A DNA stretch of 63,276 nt, counting the filler, from Basidiobolus ranarum (lineage: Eukaryota), in the NCBI GenBank assembly GCA_040143965.1. It is 54 parts of 54 records of this genome, joined end to end, with 100 filler letters (N's around TTAATTAATTAA, not from the genome) between each part and the next. Parts side by side here need not be neighbours in the genome. Positions count along the whole stretch, not along the records: positions 32,937 to 34,009 come from JASJQH010006556.1; positions 34,110 to 35,182 come from JASJQH010006557.1; positions 35,283 to 36,355 come from JASJQH010006558.1; positions 36,456 to 37,528 come from JASJQH010006559.1; positions 37,629 to 38,700 come from JASJQH010006560.1; positions 38,801 to 39,872 come from JASJQH010006561.1; positions 39,973 to 41,044 come from JASJQH010006562.1; positions 41,145 to 42,216 come from JASJQH010006563.1; 46 more parts are not named here. One strand, 5' to 3'. Below the pieces are notes generated by a model, which was not told the DNA's origin, ran no database searches, and was given only the letters and a program-made list of their open reading frames with translations. Shown here in pieces: positions 33,429 to 46,210 of the stretch (the stretch's first letter is position 1; each line of letters starts with the position of its first letter). Both the position numbers and the translations under genes were made by a program.

Positions 33429-34109
33429 GGAGATGGCCAGCCACTAGAAGCTCTGGGAGTGGGAGAAATGGAAGTGGATCTGTGGGGCATCTCTGGAGAC
33501 ATGTATTTGACACTGAAAAATGTGCTATATGTGCTTGGGATAGCAAAAAATTTGTTATCAGTGAGTAAAGCAACATCCAAGGGATATTTCTTTAATTTTG
33601 ATCAAAATGGCTTTACAATCAGGGATCAAAAAGGAAATTACGTAGCTTCTGGAGATAAGCAAAATAACTTGTATAAACTTCATTATATTAGGCCAATACA
33701 TGAACAAGTTAATACTGCCACAGCTGGAGAGACAGACTGGAAAATCTGGCATTGGAGATTGGATCATCTAGGAGCTGAAAATATGAGATATTTAATCAAA
33801 AACAAGTTGGTTTTGGGACTATATTTTGTAATTCTGCCAGATCTGGAGCTGTGTGAAGGTTACCTATATGGTAGGCAACACAGACAGCCATTTGTGGGCT
33901 CTGGAATGAGCAAAATAGATCAAAAATTGGGCCTGATACACTCAGATCTGTGTGGGCCAATGCAGACAAAATCCTTAGGTGAAAAAAGGTATTTTATGAC
34001 CTTTATTGANNNNNNNNNNNNNNNNNNNNNNNNNNNNNNNNNNNNNNNNNNNNTTAATTAATTAANNNNNNNNNNNNNNNNNNNNNNNNNNNNNNNNNNN
34101 NNNNNNNNN

Positions 34110-35182
34110 CAAGATGTTTCTAAGAAGACAATTCTTTAACTTAAAGATGAAGCCAGAAGAAGACATTAAATCACTAATTCAAAGAGTCACTATTTTAGTG
34201 GATGAAATGGAATGCATTGGAGTATCTACTACTGATCATGATATCATAGTTACAGTCCTGAATAGCCGGCCACAAGAGTTTCAGAGCCTAGTAATGGCTC
34301 CAAAATTGAGAACTGAAAATTTGACCTTAAATTATGTATGTGGCAGACTTCTGGATGAAGATTTATGCAAATCAGGACTCAACCAAAAGAATAAGGAAAA
34401 TGCTTTAATAGGTGGTGGGAAACCTTCCTATAAAGATCACAAACACATTGAGAAGAAACGTAACACATTCTGTGATTACTGTAAAAGATCTGGCCATTTA
34501 AGCAAAGATTACTCTACAAGAATTGCAAAAAGAAGAAAAATGTACTAAATCTGGAAATGTGGTTACAGCAGAAGATCACTTGTTCATATCTGCTCTATCT
34601 ATGACTACCAACAATGATTCTCAGATGTGGTACATTGCTTTTGGAGCTTCCCAACACTTCACAAATGAAAACATTGGTTTGAGGAATATGAAGAAATCCT
34701 GATTAGAAAGGTTTTCATTGGAGATGACCACACATTGGATGCTATTGGAATGGGAACAACTCAAGACAATTTAACTGGAGCTTCTGAAGAGAAAATATAT
34801 ACTTTGAAGGATGTACTACATGCTCCAGATATTACCAGCAATTTAATATCTGCATGCAAGGCCACCTCAGAAGGGCTTCAATTCAATATTGATAAGTCAG
34901 GATGTACCATCATTGATCAAAATGAGAACTATTTAGATTTGGGAGAAAAGGATCAAAACTTATACAAACTTATATATAATCCAAAAGATTTATATGTAAA
35001 TGTAAGTTATTCTGATCAAGAAATTATTCAATTATGGCATAGGAAATTTGGCCATTTTGGATTTGATTATTTGAGCAAAATGTTCAAATATTGCCTAATT
35101 TGTTGAATTCAAATTAACCCCCCACCCAAAATGGAAATTTGTGAGGGTTGTATATATGGAAAACAAGCTAGGCAACTGTTCA
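34110..35182 (+). mobile_element. Copia-2 gag-protease-pre-integrase, decayed
   Basis: CDYCKRSGH, LKDVLHAP..NLIS, LWHRKFGH and CEGCIYGKQ. Confidence 0.92.
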
Positions 35183-35282
35183 NNNNNNNNNNNNNNNNNN
35201 NNNNNNNNNNNNNNNNNNNNNNNNNNTTAATTAATTAANNNNNNNNNNNNNNNNNNNNNNNNNNNNNNNNNNNNNNNNNNNN

Positions 35283-36011
35283 ATTAAGCTCATAATCCAT
35301 TTATAACCTCATCACTACCCCTCTGACCAAACAAAAGTAGGCTTAGTGGGAACACTATTATCAGGAACAGCTCTATCTTGGCTTGCTCCTTTGATGGAAA
35401 GTCAATCTCCACTTCTTTCAACCTTCCTAGCCTTTCTTGCTGAACTGACAGCCACATTTGGAAATACAGGTAAGGAAAGAACTTCGGCCACCAAGCTCCA
35501 TGCACTTAGACAAGGGTCAATGCCTGCATCAACATATGGTGCAGAATTCTGCCTTCTTGCCTGTGATCTCAATTGGGGAGAATCTGCCCTGATCAACCAA
35601 TTCCAATTTGGACTCCAAGAAAATATTAAGTATCTTTTATGCACCATGGCTGACCAGGTGATCTTAACTGATGCTATCAATCAGGCAGTTAAATGTGACA
35701 ACTGGTTGTTTGAAAGACAACAACAAAGAAATATGGCTCCTTTCTTCTCTCCTTTCCCATCTACTTTCAGACCTCTCTTCCATCAAACACAAAATACAGC
35801 TCAAGCAGATTACCCAATGCAAATTGATGGAACTTGATTCAAAAAGCTTAGCTGTGAGGGGATATATTGATGCCAACAAGAGAATCTATGCCTCTGCTGT
35901 GGAGCTCCTGGACATGTAGCAAGAACCTGTCCTACAAAGAATCCTGGATTCAAGATCAACAATATGCAAGTAGAAGAGAACTCTTGCCAACCCTTGGAAA
36001 ACTTCAATGCC
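35283..36011 (+). mobile_element. Gypsy gag with CCHC zinc knuckle
   Basis: LLSGTALSW, KLHALRQG, QFQFGL, PMQIDG and NLCLCCGAPGHVARTC. Confidence 0.9.
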
Positions 36012-36350
36012 TGTTGAAATTAGCATTGCCTAAACACCTATATAGTCATATATAGCTTAGTACTTAGTTATCTTATAATCCACTAAGATATTATCAATTA
36101 TTATCAATTGGAATTTACTTGGAATATTTTTACCAACTTTGAAGTTCTCAGATATTTAGATTTTTCATACTTGTGCTAGAAGCCCCAAACTTTGCACACA
36201 TGTTCCTGGGACCTTCCTTAACACATTCTACACATTGATTTGCTTACATCTTGACAAAACTATAAATGTCAACTTTCTACATAATAAATCAATATGTGAA
36301 AATCACCAATTCCTCTCAATCTCCAAACCACTTCCAACAGGCTCCCAAAT
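36012..36350 (+). mobile_element. LTR-B inserted at the gypsy gag-pol junction
   Basis: TGTTGAAATTAGC start; near full length. Confidence 0.9.
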
Positions 36351-36455
36351 AATATNNNNNNNNNNNNNNNNNNNNNNNNNNNNNNNNNNNNNNNNNNNNT
36401 TAATTAATTAANNNNNNNNNNNNNNNNNNNNNNNNNNNNNNNNNNNNNNNNNNNN

Positions 36456-37528
36456 TCAATATCTCTTCCCCAATTTGCATCTGAATATACCATCAGATCA
36501 AAGTTTGATCCAGAATATGTGTATTTTAAGCATAGATCCACAGTACCTTTCAAATATCTGAAAATCCACTTAACTGCAATGATTTGATCAGGTCCATAAT
36601 TTTGAAGGTATTGGCACATAACTACCACAGAATATGCAATATCTAGCCATGTTACAACCATGATATACATCAAACTACCAACCATAGATTTATAAGGAAA
36701 TTTCTAGCTTTCATTTGAATCCAAAAACATCTGATTTGAACTATTTTTGGTCAAGTTAAGATTTGTCTCCATTAGGGTAGAGACTGCATTACATTCTTCC
36801 ATTTTAAACTTCTTCAGTATATCTAGGATATACTTAGACTGGTTTAAAGTTACTGTTTTGGTAGTTCTATCTATCTTAATTTGGAATCCAAGATAGTACA
36901 TTGGTTCACCAAGATCAGTTATTTTGAATTTGGCAGATAGGCTGGATTTGGTTTTCTCCAAAGTCTTCAAGTCATTGGTTGCTAAAATAAGGTCATCTAC
37001 ATATAAGGCTAATAAGACTGGGTTTGTCTTATCTGGCCTGAAGTAGACACAATAGTCAGCATTACCCTTTTGGAATTTGAGTGTTTCTAAAAAAGTGTCT
37101 ATCTTGCTATTCCAAGCTATTGGAGATTGTTTTGAGCCATAGAGTGTTTTCTGGAGTCTGCAAACTTTTTTAGGGTTTTCTGGGTCCACAAATCCATCTG
37201 GCTGGTCCCTATAGATCTCCTCAGAAAGCTCACCATTCAAAAAAGCAGTTTCAACATCCATTTAATGTATAATAAACTGATACTTAGCTGAAATTGCTAA
37301 AATCAATCTAATTGAATTAGCCTTTGCTACAGGAGCAAAAGTTTCTATATAATCTGTTACAGGTGTTTGCAAATAGCCTTTGGCTACTAGTCTAGCCTTG
37401 TGCCTTTCTATATTGCCATCAGAGTTGTATTTAACTTTAAACACCCATTGGCAGCTTATTGATTTTCTATCATCAGGTAAGTTGGTTAAAATCCAAGTTT
37501 GATTATCAATCAAAGCCTGGTACTCATC
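36456..37528 (-). mobile_element. Copia reverse transcriptase (RVT_2)
   Basis: [31 protein letters not shown] and IFRYLKGT. Confidence 0.94.
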
Positions 37529-37628
37529 NNNNNNNNNNNNNNNNNNNNNNNNNNNNNNNNNNNNNNNNNNNNTTAATTAATTAANNNNNNNNNNNNNNNN
37601 NNNNNNNNNNNNNNNNNNNNNNNNNNNN

Positions 37629-38700
37629 GTTTTGATGAAATCACCCAAATATAGATCATTGATCCAATACCAAAGTACTCACTGTAAAGCTGATGGTATT
37701 ACTAATATACTTCATGGATTTCACAACCAGAATCTGACAAGTCAAGGTTTCTTTGAGGACATGCACGATCATGCATTTGCATTGGCTGTGGATGGTTTCT
37801 CACTAAACAAATTTACTACTGCAAAGGCTTCCTGGCCAATGATTTTGATTAACTTAAATCTTCCTCCTTCTGAACAATATAAGAGTCATAACAATTTGAT
37901 ACTATCCATCATATATGTACCTAAAACACCAGTGCTTATAGATAGCTTCTTGGAGCCTTTGATTGCAGAATTTCAACAGTTATCAAACGGGTTTAGATGG
38001 GTGATTATTTTTTTAAAGCCAATAGCATTGTATGTATTGGTGACACTTGTGCCATCAGTAACCTTGGAGGTTTTTGTGGGCACAATGCATTATCTTGCTG
38101 TAGATTTTGTCAAATCAATGAAGTTTACTCTAACGGGAATAAATTTTACTACTATCCAAATACAACACTAAACTTCATGAATTTGCCATCAAGAGCCTGG
38201 TCTGATTTCAACATAATCACTGACATCAATTTACAAATAGTAGTTTAATATCAAGCTTGGTATTAGACATAAGCCTAACATTATATTACTAAAGGGGATC
38301 AGCTGGAGCCAGAGCTTCCCATCAGGCACTATGCACTTACTATTCAACAGCATTGCAATACTACTTACTTAGCTATATGGTGGAAAATTCAATGTGAATG
38401 AGCCAGTTGAGATAGTATCAGAAGTTTGAATCAATTGGGAAAATGCTTGAAAATGTCAGGATACCATCATATTTTACCAGGACTCCCATCAATATCCACT
38501 CATCAAGGTGTTTGTTCAAATGGAAAGACTGGGTGTATTTGATTTTATATATTCAAGTGGAATTTTGAAAAGATTTCTGCCTGATAAGTATTGGCAACAT
38601 TGGGAGTTATTTGTCAATATTGTCAATATATTCTTATGCATCAACTCACGTTGGCAGATCTCAGGCAGATATAGCAATTGTGCCAAGCTTTTGTGCTTGA
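37629..38700 (+). mobile_element. CACTA transposase core, frameshifted
   Basis: Colinear homologue of 8256-9333. Confidence 0.88.
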
Positions 38701-38800
38701 NNNNNNNNNNNNNNNNNNNNNNNNNNNNNNNNNNNNNNNNNNNNTTAATTAATTAANNNNNNNNNNNNNNNNNNNNNNNNNNNNNNNNNNNNNNNNNNNN

Positions 38801-39365
38801 CTATAGAGAAACTACCTTCATGTCCAAATGGATGCTAATCAGATTAACAATACATTGGCAAAATCAGTGATGGATGTAATGCAATGGGTTAAGGAGACTT
38901 CAGAGTATGGTAGCCATCCAGCAAAGGGCTCTTTTCAATGTGCTCATGGGTTTTTGCTCTATTTGAGCAAAATAATAGCAACAAAGCCCAGTGCATGGAC
39001 AAGGAGTAAGTTTCTCTATAGATTGGACTAATTTGTTTGCGCGATAATCTGACAATATTTCTAGGAAAGCTGCAAGACAGACTTCCTGGGGAGATAGATC
39101 AAGACACACAGTATTATTGTTTTAGCCTTGGGGCAATCTGTTTAAGCAATGATACATCTACTTGTGGCAGGACACCTGTTGACTGTAAGTTGGGGATATT
39201 TTGGCTGAATTCTTGATGTAAATATGCCAAAATCCAAGAGCTTATTCTCATTGTGAGTGGTAACAAGAGTAGGCTAATGGCTAAGTGTCAGTGCTATTCA
39301 AAATTTCAGGTGTTTAGCAATTTTTCCACCATTAATTTGCTGGTAATGCATATTGATGTTGTTGA
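38801..39365 (+). mobile_element. CACTA transposase C-terminal region
   Basis: Reverse-complement homologue of 62330-62860, which is contiguous with the tnp2 core. Confidence 0.75.
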
Positions 39366-39872
39366 CCCTAACAGAAATTTGAGGATTGTTATTGTAGGAA
39401 AACTGTCACAATTTTAATCCATTTGGGATTGACTGTTTACTTACCATCATAAAATTGTCAAATTAGATTTGATTTTAATCAATTTTTTCAGTTTCAGGAG
39501 TGAAATTTCAAGATCTTGCAAAATAGTTGCACATGATTGGTTAAAATCTCAGAGAACTATTGATCAACACATGTGCAAAAAACATAACTCAAATTTTACA
39601 CAATTACTGCTTAAACTCTAATTTGTCATCTTTGAAATCTCTAGTCTCTTTGATATATTCTCTTGAATATTTTTATAGAGTTCTTCATACCCAAGGTTTA
39701 GTTCATACCCAACACTAGTTTGTGTCAATATCTCCATCAAAGCCCACCATTGTATTAACCTTGCTGAATCAACATTCTTCCAGCTATCTGGTGGATACCC
39801 TGCAATATTGTGCCACTCTGTATTAAGTTCTTCCCAGATATCTGCATGGTCAACACTAGACTGAATGTCAAG
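39366..39872 (+). mobile_element. CACTA-like end A (CCCTAACAGAAATTTGAGG…) with ORF2 C-terminus, inserted in another copy's transposase
   Basis: Sharp boundary at CCC. Homologous to 17811-18193 and 43914-44335. Confidence 0.88.
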
Positions 39873-39972
39873 NNNNNNNNNNNNNNNNNNNNNNNNNNNN
39901 NNNNNNNNNNNNNNNNTTAATTAATTAANNNNNNNNNNNNNNNNNNNNNNNNNNNNNNNNNNNNNNNNNNNN

Positions 39973-40925
39973 TGGTGATAACAAACGACTGGTATAAGCA
40001 ACACTTTAAGAAAAGTCTACAAAGCACTAAATACTATCGACAAATGACGAAGGGTATGGTGATAACAAATGTCGAGTATGGGATTCACTAACGTTGGCTT
40101 TGGGAGAGAGTTTACTAAGTGCGAAAGACTATTGAAAAATGACAAAGGGTACGGTAACAAGAATTGATATATATGGGAAACACTTAAAGTGCGACAGACT
40201 AGTGGCAAATATCGAAGGGTATGGTGCCAAGAAACGACGGGTATGGAAAACACTCAAAGGAGAGTCGATAAAGTGCAGAAAAGAGACAAACGATACGGTG
40301 GGAAGAAACGTCAGGTATGGTAAACACTTCAAGTAAAGTCTAGGAAGTGCGTAACACTACTGAAAAATGTCAAAAGGTATGGTGTCAAGAAACAATGGAT
40401 AGAGGAAAAATGGCAGTTCTAAATATTACTGACAAGCGATGGAGGGTATGGTGCCAAGAAATGACCGGTATGGAAAACACTTAAAGCACATTTTATCAAG
40501 GGCTAAATACAACTGACAAGTGATAAAGTGTATGGTGTCAAGAAACAGCGGTGAGGAAACAATTAAAGTAGATTTGTGCCAAAGACTATTAACTGAACAA
40601 TTGACAAGTGGCAAAAGGTACGGTGTCATGAAACAGCTGGTATAGGAAACAATTAAAGTAGAGTTTATTAAGTGCTAAGGTATACGGATAAATGACGAAG
40701 AATATGGTGAAGGGAATCACTAAAGGGATAGTCTAAAAAGCCCTCAAGACTACTGAGAGAAAGGGTACGGCTCCAGGAAACAATGGGTATGGAAAATGTT
40801 TAAGGTTGAGTTTACGAAGTGCTAAAGACTACTGAAAAACGGCAAATGATATGGTGCCATGAAACGACGGTTATGGGAAACATTAAAGAGACAATCTGCA
40901 AAGTGCCAAAGGCTACTGACTAATG
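39973..40925. repeat. Degenerate tandem repeat, modal period about 84 bp, about 12 units
   Basis: GGTA(T/C)GGTG motif at about 39973, 40053, 40147, 40217, 40294, 40376, 40444, 40529, 40617, 40700, 40763 and 40848. Confidence 0.9.
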
Positions 40926-42316
40926 AACATAACAATTCCTCTTTTGCCCTATTGATTCTGGTTCATTTTTGTTCAATACAAAGTTATTTGCGCTTCATCT
41001 TAATTGATTATCATAGCTATTTTAAGTTATACTAACATCAATAGNNNNNNNNNNNNNNNNNNNNNNNNNNNNNNNNNNNNNNNNNNNNTTAATTAATTAA
41101 NNNNNNNNNNNNNNNNNNNNNNNNNNNNNNNNNNNNNNNNNNNNAGTGATATATTTACTCGCTGCTCCGTTTTATAACCAGAAGTGGCTTAGAAGACTGG
41201 CACGTGAAGGCTAAGCCACCATATTGAAGGATTACTCCTAAGTCAATACGCAATATATTCTAAATATTATTCGTATATTCTAGCATGAATGATCCAATTT
41301 CTAATATCTTTCCATTAGTATATAGTCATATTGCCAGTATCACATCATATCATATAAATGATTCATGATTACCGATTTTTCGTTAATGATTAATTATATG
41401 TACAGCTATATAAGATTTAACACTGAATATGAACGATTAAATCAAGACTCATATATTTAGAGATCTCAAATGGTGTATATCCGTCAACTCCTAGATATTT
41501 GATTCAACATGAAGGGTCAAGTGAAGTCTGCACCCAGAAGAGTCAATTTCAAGTTAACATATGGATTCCTTTAAAAAATAAAAGCATTACAGGTTTGCAT
41601 TAGAAGGCTTTATATCATATTCTAGGCTGGTTCCTCCTACTGCATTGCCAACCCCACAAGTGAAGTTAATGAGGAATTCTTTAAGAGGTAACAAGAGTAA
41701 CTTTTCAAAGAAAATTATTCTAGTATTAACGGTGAGTTTGTTTATCTGCTGTACTGGTACTATTTAAATTCATGAGCTTGGTAGAAACTGTCCAGAGTAG
41801 GTGAATTGCAGATATTAAAAGATACTTTCAAAAATGGAATTTATTAAGAGGTGTGGTTTAGCAAGCTTGATTTATATTTACTTCTTGAAGATTGCATGTG
41901 GCCCTCCAGCAAATGATGCTACTCGAGATATATCAGCCAGAGGAGCAGTGGTAGTCGAGCTCTACTTTCTAGAGCTAAGGAAACTAATACATTAAATATA
42001 TAGTATACCTTGATAATGTAAAGAAATAGTATGATCCAAAGGCGATGTCAATGCAGTAAAAGCAGACAATAGATCAGTTTCCACTGAATATTATGTGCAC
42101 AAATTCTTTGGATGAAAGTAAAGGTAACGTGCATGCAATTGATTCATTTAGTGCGCATGATCAATGCTAGTGACTTTGTTGGACAATCTAAATCTCGTTA
42201 CATCGGAATATTCGTTNNNNNNNNNNNNNNNNNNNNNNNNNNNNNNNNNNNNNNNNNNNNTTAATTAATTAANNNNNNNNNNNNNNNNNNNNNNNNNNNN
42301 NNNNNNNNNNNNNNNN

Positions 42317-42500
42317 CAAATTTGAGGATCAATATTTTAACATGTATGAATACCTTTAAGATACCGTCAAGAAACCGCCATCACACCATCAAAATCCCTG
42401 GCAGAATGCAAGCCAGCAATATTGTGATGGTTCTCTGACGGTTTTGCTATTTTAGAGGGTGGATCCAATCCGGATCAAATCAATTTTATTTTTGTTAGGG
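42317..42500 (+). mobile_element. CACTA-like end B, less decayed copy
   Basis: Ends …TTTTGTTAGGG. Retains ACCGTCA/TGACGGT subterminal motifs. Confidence 0.88.
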
Positions 42501-43388
42501 GCTTTAGCAATGTAATCTTAGGTTTACAGCTAATACCAAGTTTGATGTTAGACTGACTATTTGGTGAATTGTTATCAGTGATCATGTTGATATCTGACCG
42601 GGCTCTTGATGGTAAAATCATGAAGTTTAGTGTTGTATTTGGATAGTAGTAATATGTATGCCTGTTAAAGTCCCTTGATTTGACAAAATCTACAGCAAGA
42701 TAGTGCATTGTGCCCGCAAAAACCCCCAAGTTTACTGATGGCAGGAGTGTCATCAATACATACAATGATATTAGCTTTAATGAAATATTCACCCATCTGA
42801 ACCCCATGATATAACCATTCAAATTCCGCAATCAAAGGCTCCAAGAAGCTATCTATAAGCACTGGCAATTTAGGTTTAGATATGATTGATTGTATCAAAA
42901 TATTATGACTTTTATACCATTTAGAAGAAGGAAGATTTAAGTTAATTAAAATTATTGGCCAGCAAGCCTTTCCAACGGTATATTTGTTTAGTGAGAAACC
43001 ATCCAGAGCCAATGCAAATGCATGATCATATGTGTTCTCAAAGAAACCTTGACTTTTCAGATTCTGGTAGTGATATCCATCAAGTATATTGGTAATACCA
43101 TCAGCTTTATGGTGAGTACTTTGGTATTGGATCAATGATCTATATTTGGGTGATTTCATCAAAACTTTAAGATGGGGAATCAATGGTATGTAAGCCAAAT
43201 ATGAACAATATTTACCTGATTCAGTGATTGCCAATTGTGTGCAAACAGTACATGACTTCAGGTTTTTCAGATCACCGGTGAAAGCCAAACAACCATTTGG
43301 ACATGAAGGCAGTTTAATTACTGAAGGATTATAAGTCATACAATTGACAAGTGTTTTCCACTTGTACCAGGTTTGTGGCAAGCAACAG
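42501..43388 (-). mobile_element. CACTA transposase (host of the end-B insertion)
   Basis: 238-aa ORF with CPNGC, LALDGF and GHNALSCCRFC. Confidence 0.9.
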
Positions 43389-43488
43389 NNNNNNNNNNNN
43401 NNNNNNNNNNNNNNNNNNNNNNNNNNNNNNNNTTAATTAATTAANNNNNNNNNNNNNNNNNNNNNNNNNNNNNNNNNNNNNNNNNNNN

Positions 43489-43913
43489 TTTAACCAACTT
43501 ACCTGATGATAGAAAATAAATTGGCTGCCAATAGGTATTTAATGTTAAATATAAGTCTGATGGCAATATAGAAAGATACAAGCCAATGCTAGTAGCCAAA
43601 GAATATTCTCAAACACTGGGGATGGATTACGCAGAAAGTTTTGCTCCTGTAGCAAAATTTAATTTAATTAGACTGATTTTAGCAACTTCAGCTAAACATC
43701 AGTTTATTATACATCAAATGGATGTTGAAGCTGCTTTTTTGAATGGTGAGCTTGCTGAGAAGATCTATATAGACCAGCTAGATGGATTTGTGGACCCAGA
43801 AAACCCTAAAAAAGCATACAGGCTCCTGAAAACACTCTATAGGTTAAAACAACTCCAAGAGCTAGGAAGAGCAAGATAGACACTTTTTGGAAACACTCAA
43901 ATTCCAAAAGGGT
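43489..43913 (+). mobile_element. Copia RT N-terminal fragment
   Basis: HQMDVEAAFLNG; homologous to 37070-37490. Confidence 0.9.
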
Positions 43914-44559
43914 ATAAAATTGTCAAGTTAGATTTGAATTGAATCAATTTTTAAGTTTCAGGAGTGAGGTTTCAAGATCTTGCAAAATAGTTGCACCTGA
44001 TTGGCTACAATCTCAGAAAGCTGTGGATCAACACATGTGCAAAAAACATAACTTAAATTTTATACTATTACCACTTGAATGCTAATTGTCACCTTTGAAG
44101 TCTCTAGTCTCTTTCATATATTCTCCTGAATATTTTTATAGAGTTCTTCATACCCAAAGTTTAGCCAATACCCCATACAAGTTTGTATCAATATCTCCAT
44201 CAAAGCCCACCATTGTATTAACATTGCTGAGTCAACATTCTTTCAGCTATCTGGCAGACACCCTGCAATATTATGCCACTCTGTATTAACTTCTTCCAAG
44301 ATATCTGTATGATCAACACCAGACTGAATGTCAAGTTGAATGTTTTTCTTCTGTAATCACTTTCTGCATACTTGCACTGCGTTTTTTACTTCATACTTTT
44401 GAAAATACTTCTTAAGCACTGTGACTATTTTTGTATATCTTTGTAATGTGACACTACTCAGGGTGCTTTGTGGTGTTTGTGTGGCTTTTTGCTTGCCTTT
44501 AACTTTGGGGCTTATTTCAACATTTCAAAAAGTACTAGTTGAGGTTGGAGAGCCATAAG
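43914..44559 (-). mobile_element. CACTA ORF2 C-terminal region and truncated end A
   Basis: Bridges 39450-39872 to 1295-1345 and 52495-52752. Confidence 0.75.
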
Positions 44560-44979
44560 NNNNNNNNNNNNNNNNNNNNNNNNNNNNNNNNNNNNNNNNN
44601 NNNTTAATTAATTAANNNNNNNNNNNNNNNNNNNNNNNNNNNNNNNNNNNNNNNNNNNNACTAATTTCGTGAGCATCCTGAGATCCTGAATTCCTGTGTT
44701 CTGAATATATGCTAGTGTTGATTTTTGTGTTGGCAATTTTGAAATGATTGTAGCTCCACCAATATTTGATCAAATCTTATGATTCTTGCATGGTTGCAAA
44801 GCTCTAATTCCGGAGTTTTGATTGCAGCTTGAATTGTTGTAATCAGTTAAGTATTGATGTGACTATGAGCGATCGAATATTCTTGTTCTTTTTCTTGATC
44901 TGTAAAATATTTTAAGATAGCAATAGATAATATTCTTCCTGCTTATTATGTGCAAGATATGATTGGAATATTTCCTACA

Positions 44980-45730
44980 CTACAACGTGACCATTTACAA
45001 GACAATGACCAGATTTTGACCAAAATTGAGAAAGCTGGACTCACTATAAGTGGTGAGAAAAGTGACTTTGGAATGCCAGAAATATCCATAGTTGGGCAGA
45101 AATGTGACATTCATGGAAGAACACCAGGACCATCTAAGATTGAGAAACTTCTCACATGGCCAACACCAAGCAACTTAACCCAAGCTAGAGGATTTGTGGC
45201 TGCTTGTGGATTTTTCAGAATATGGATTCCCAATTTCTCTGAAATTGCAGAACCCATATACCAACTACAGAGAAAGAATGTGAAGTTTGAATGGGGACCT
45301 GATCAAGATGCTGCTATGGAGAAACTGAAGCAAGCACTGACATCACATCCAATTCTTAAGCCACTAGACTATGCAGATGCCACAAGACCACCAATACTCA
45401 CAGTTGACTCCAGTCCTATTGGAGCAGGTGCTCTTTTAGGCCAGAATGATGAAGCAGGCAACCAACATGCCTGCAGATATGAAAGCTGCTTATTCAACCC
45501 TAGGGAGCAGAGATATTCCCAGATCAAAAGAGAACTACTTGGAGCTGTAAAGATGATCAAGAAACTAAAGGCCCAACTCTATATGACTCACTTCATACTT
45601 GAAACAGATGCAAGACCACTTATTGGGATGATCAACAAACCAGACCTACCAGATGATGCTACCAACCGGTGGATGGCTTGGCTCAAGATGTTTGACTTTG
45701 AAGTAGTACACATACCAGGAAAAACAAATG
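44980..45730 (+). mobile_element. Second gypsy family: RT thumb and RNase H, frame intact
   Basis: GLTISGEKS, RGFVAACGFFRIWIPNFSEIAEPIY, LTVDSS, YSQIKRELLG, LETDARPL and HIPGKTN. Confidence 0.92.
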
Positions 45731-45830
45731 NNNNNNNNNNNNNNNNNNNNNNNNNNNNNNNNNNNNNNNNNNNNTTAATTAATTAANNNNNNNNNNNNNN
45801 NNNNNNNNNNNNNNNNNNNNNNNNNNNNNN

Positions 45831-46210
45831 TTGTGAATAGCTTTGTGAGATAATTATTTATTGACCAGAAATTAAGCATTTATACATTTTGGTGGAAATA
45901 CAGAAAACTAACACTGGGGTTGTGTTCAGAACATCTGTGGGAGTAAAATGAGCTATCTTTGGGGCAATTTGGACAAGTTTGAAATTTCCAATATGTAATT
46001 GCTAATTCTCACATAATTCACATATATATAAAATATATGTTCCAATTTTCAGCTAAGTGATATTTGACTAAATAATGTTGACTAACTAATATGTGATATA
46101 TGAAATAGTTAGGTGTATAAAGATAGGGATAACATATATGATAAAGACAATAAACTTCAACAGTATAAAGGTAGGGATAATAAATATGATAAAGACAATA
46201 AACTTCAACA
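45831..46210 (-). mobile_element. LTR-A with duplicated terminal 48 bp
   Basis: …AAACTTCAACA ends at both 46162 and 46210. Confidence 0.88.

Larger units (their letters stand above)
32937..34009 (+). mobile_element. Copia (probably copia-1) protease/GAG-pre-integrase/integrase start, interrupted by a solo LTR
   Basis: WYID.GASQH, LKNVLYV…KNLLSVS, WHWRLDH and IHSDLCGPM. Homologous to 50700-51490. Confidence 0.9.

Noticed and set aside
35996-36002. GGAAAAC as a -1 frameshift site at the gypsy gag end
   Set aside because: The position is plausible, but the heptamer is imperfect and the downstream pol and stimulatory structure are displaced by an LTR insertion, so it cannot be supported.
37262-37264. 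Classical CpA-to-TpA RIP (CAA to TAA in HQMDV)
   Set aside because: Isolated cases exist, but CpA/TpG are abundant in the repeats and pairwise differences centre on CpG. A count is needed before claiming RIP.
39973-40925. CRISPR array
   Set aside because: Whole units are homologous, with no unique spacers between identical repeats. There are no cas genes and the context is eukaryotic.
41145-42216. Possible gene end (…KWLRRLAREG*) and other short frames
   Set aside because: Too short and no recognisable motif. The contig looks like ordinary intergenic DNA.
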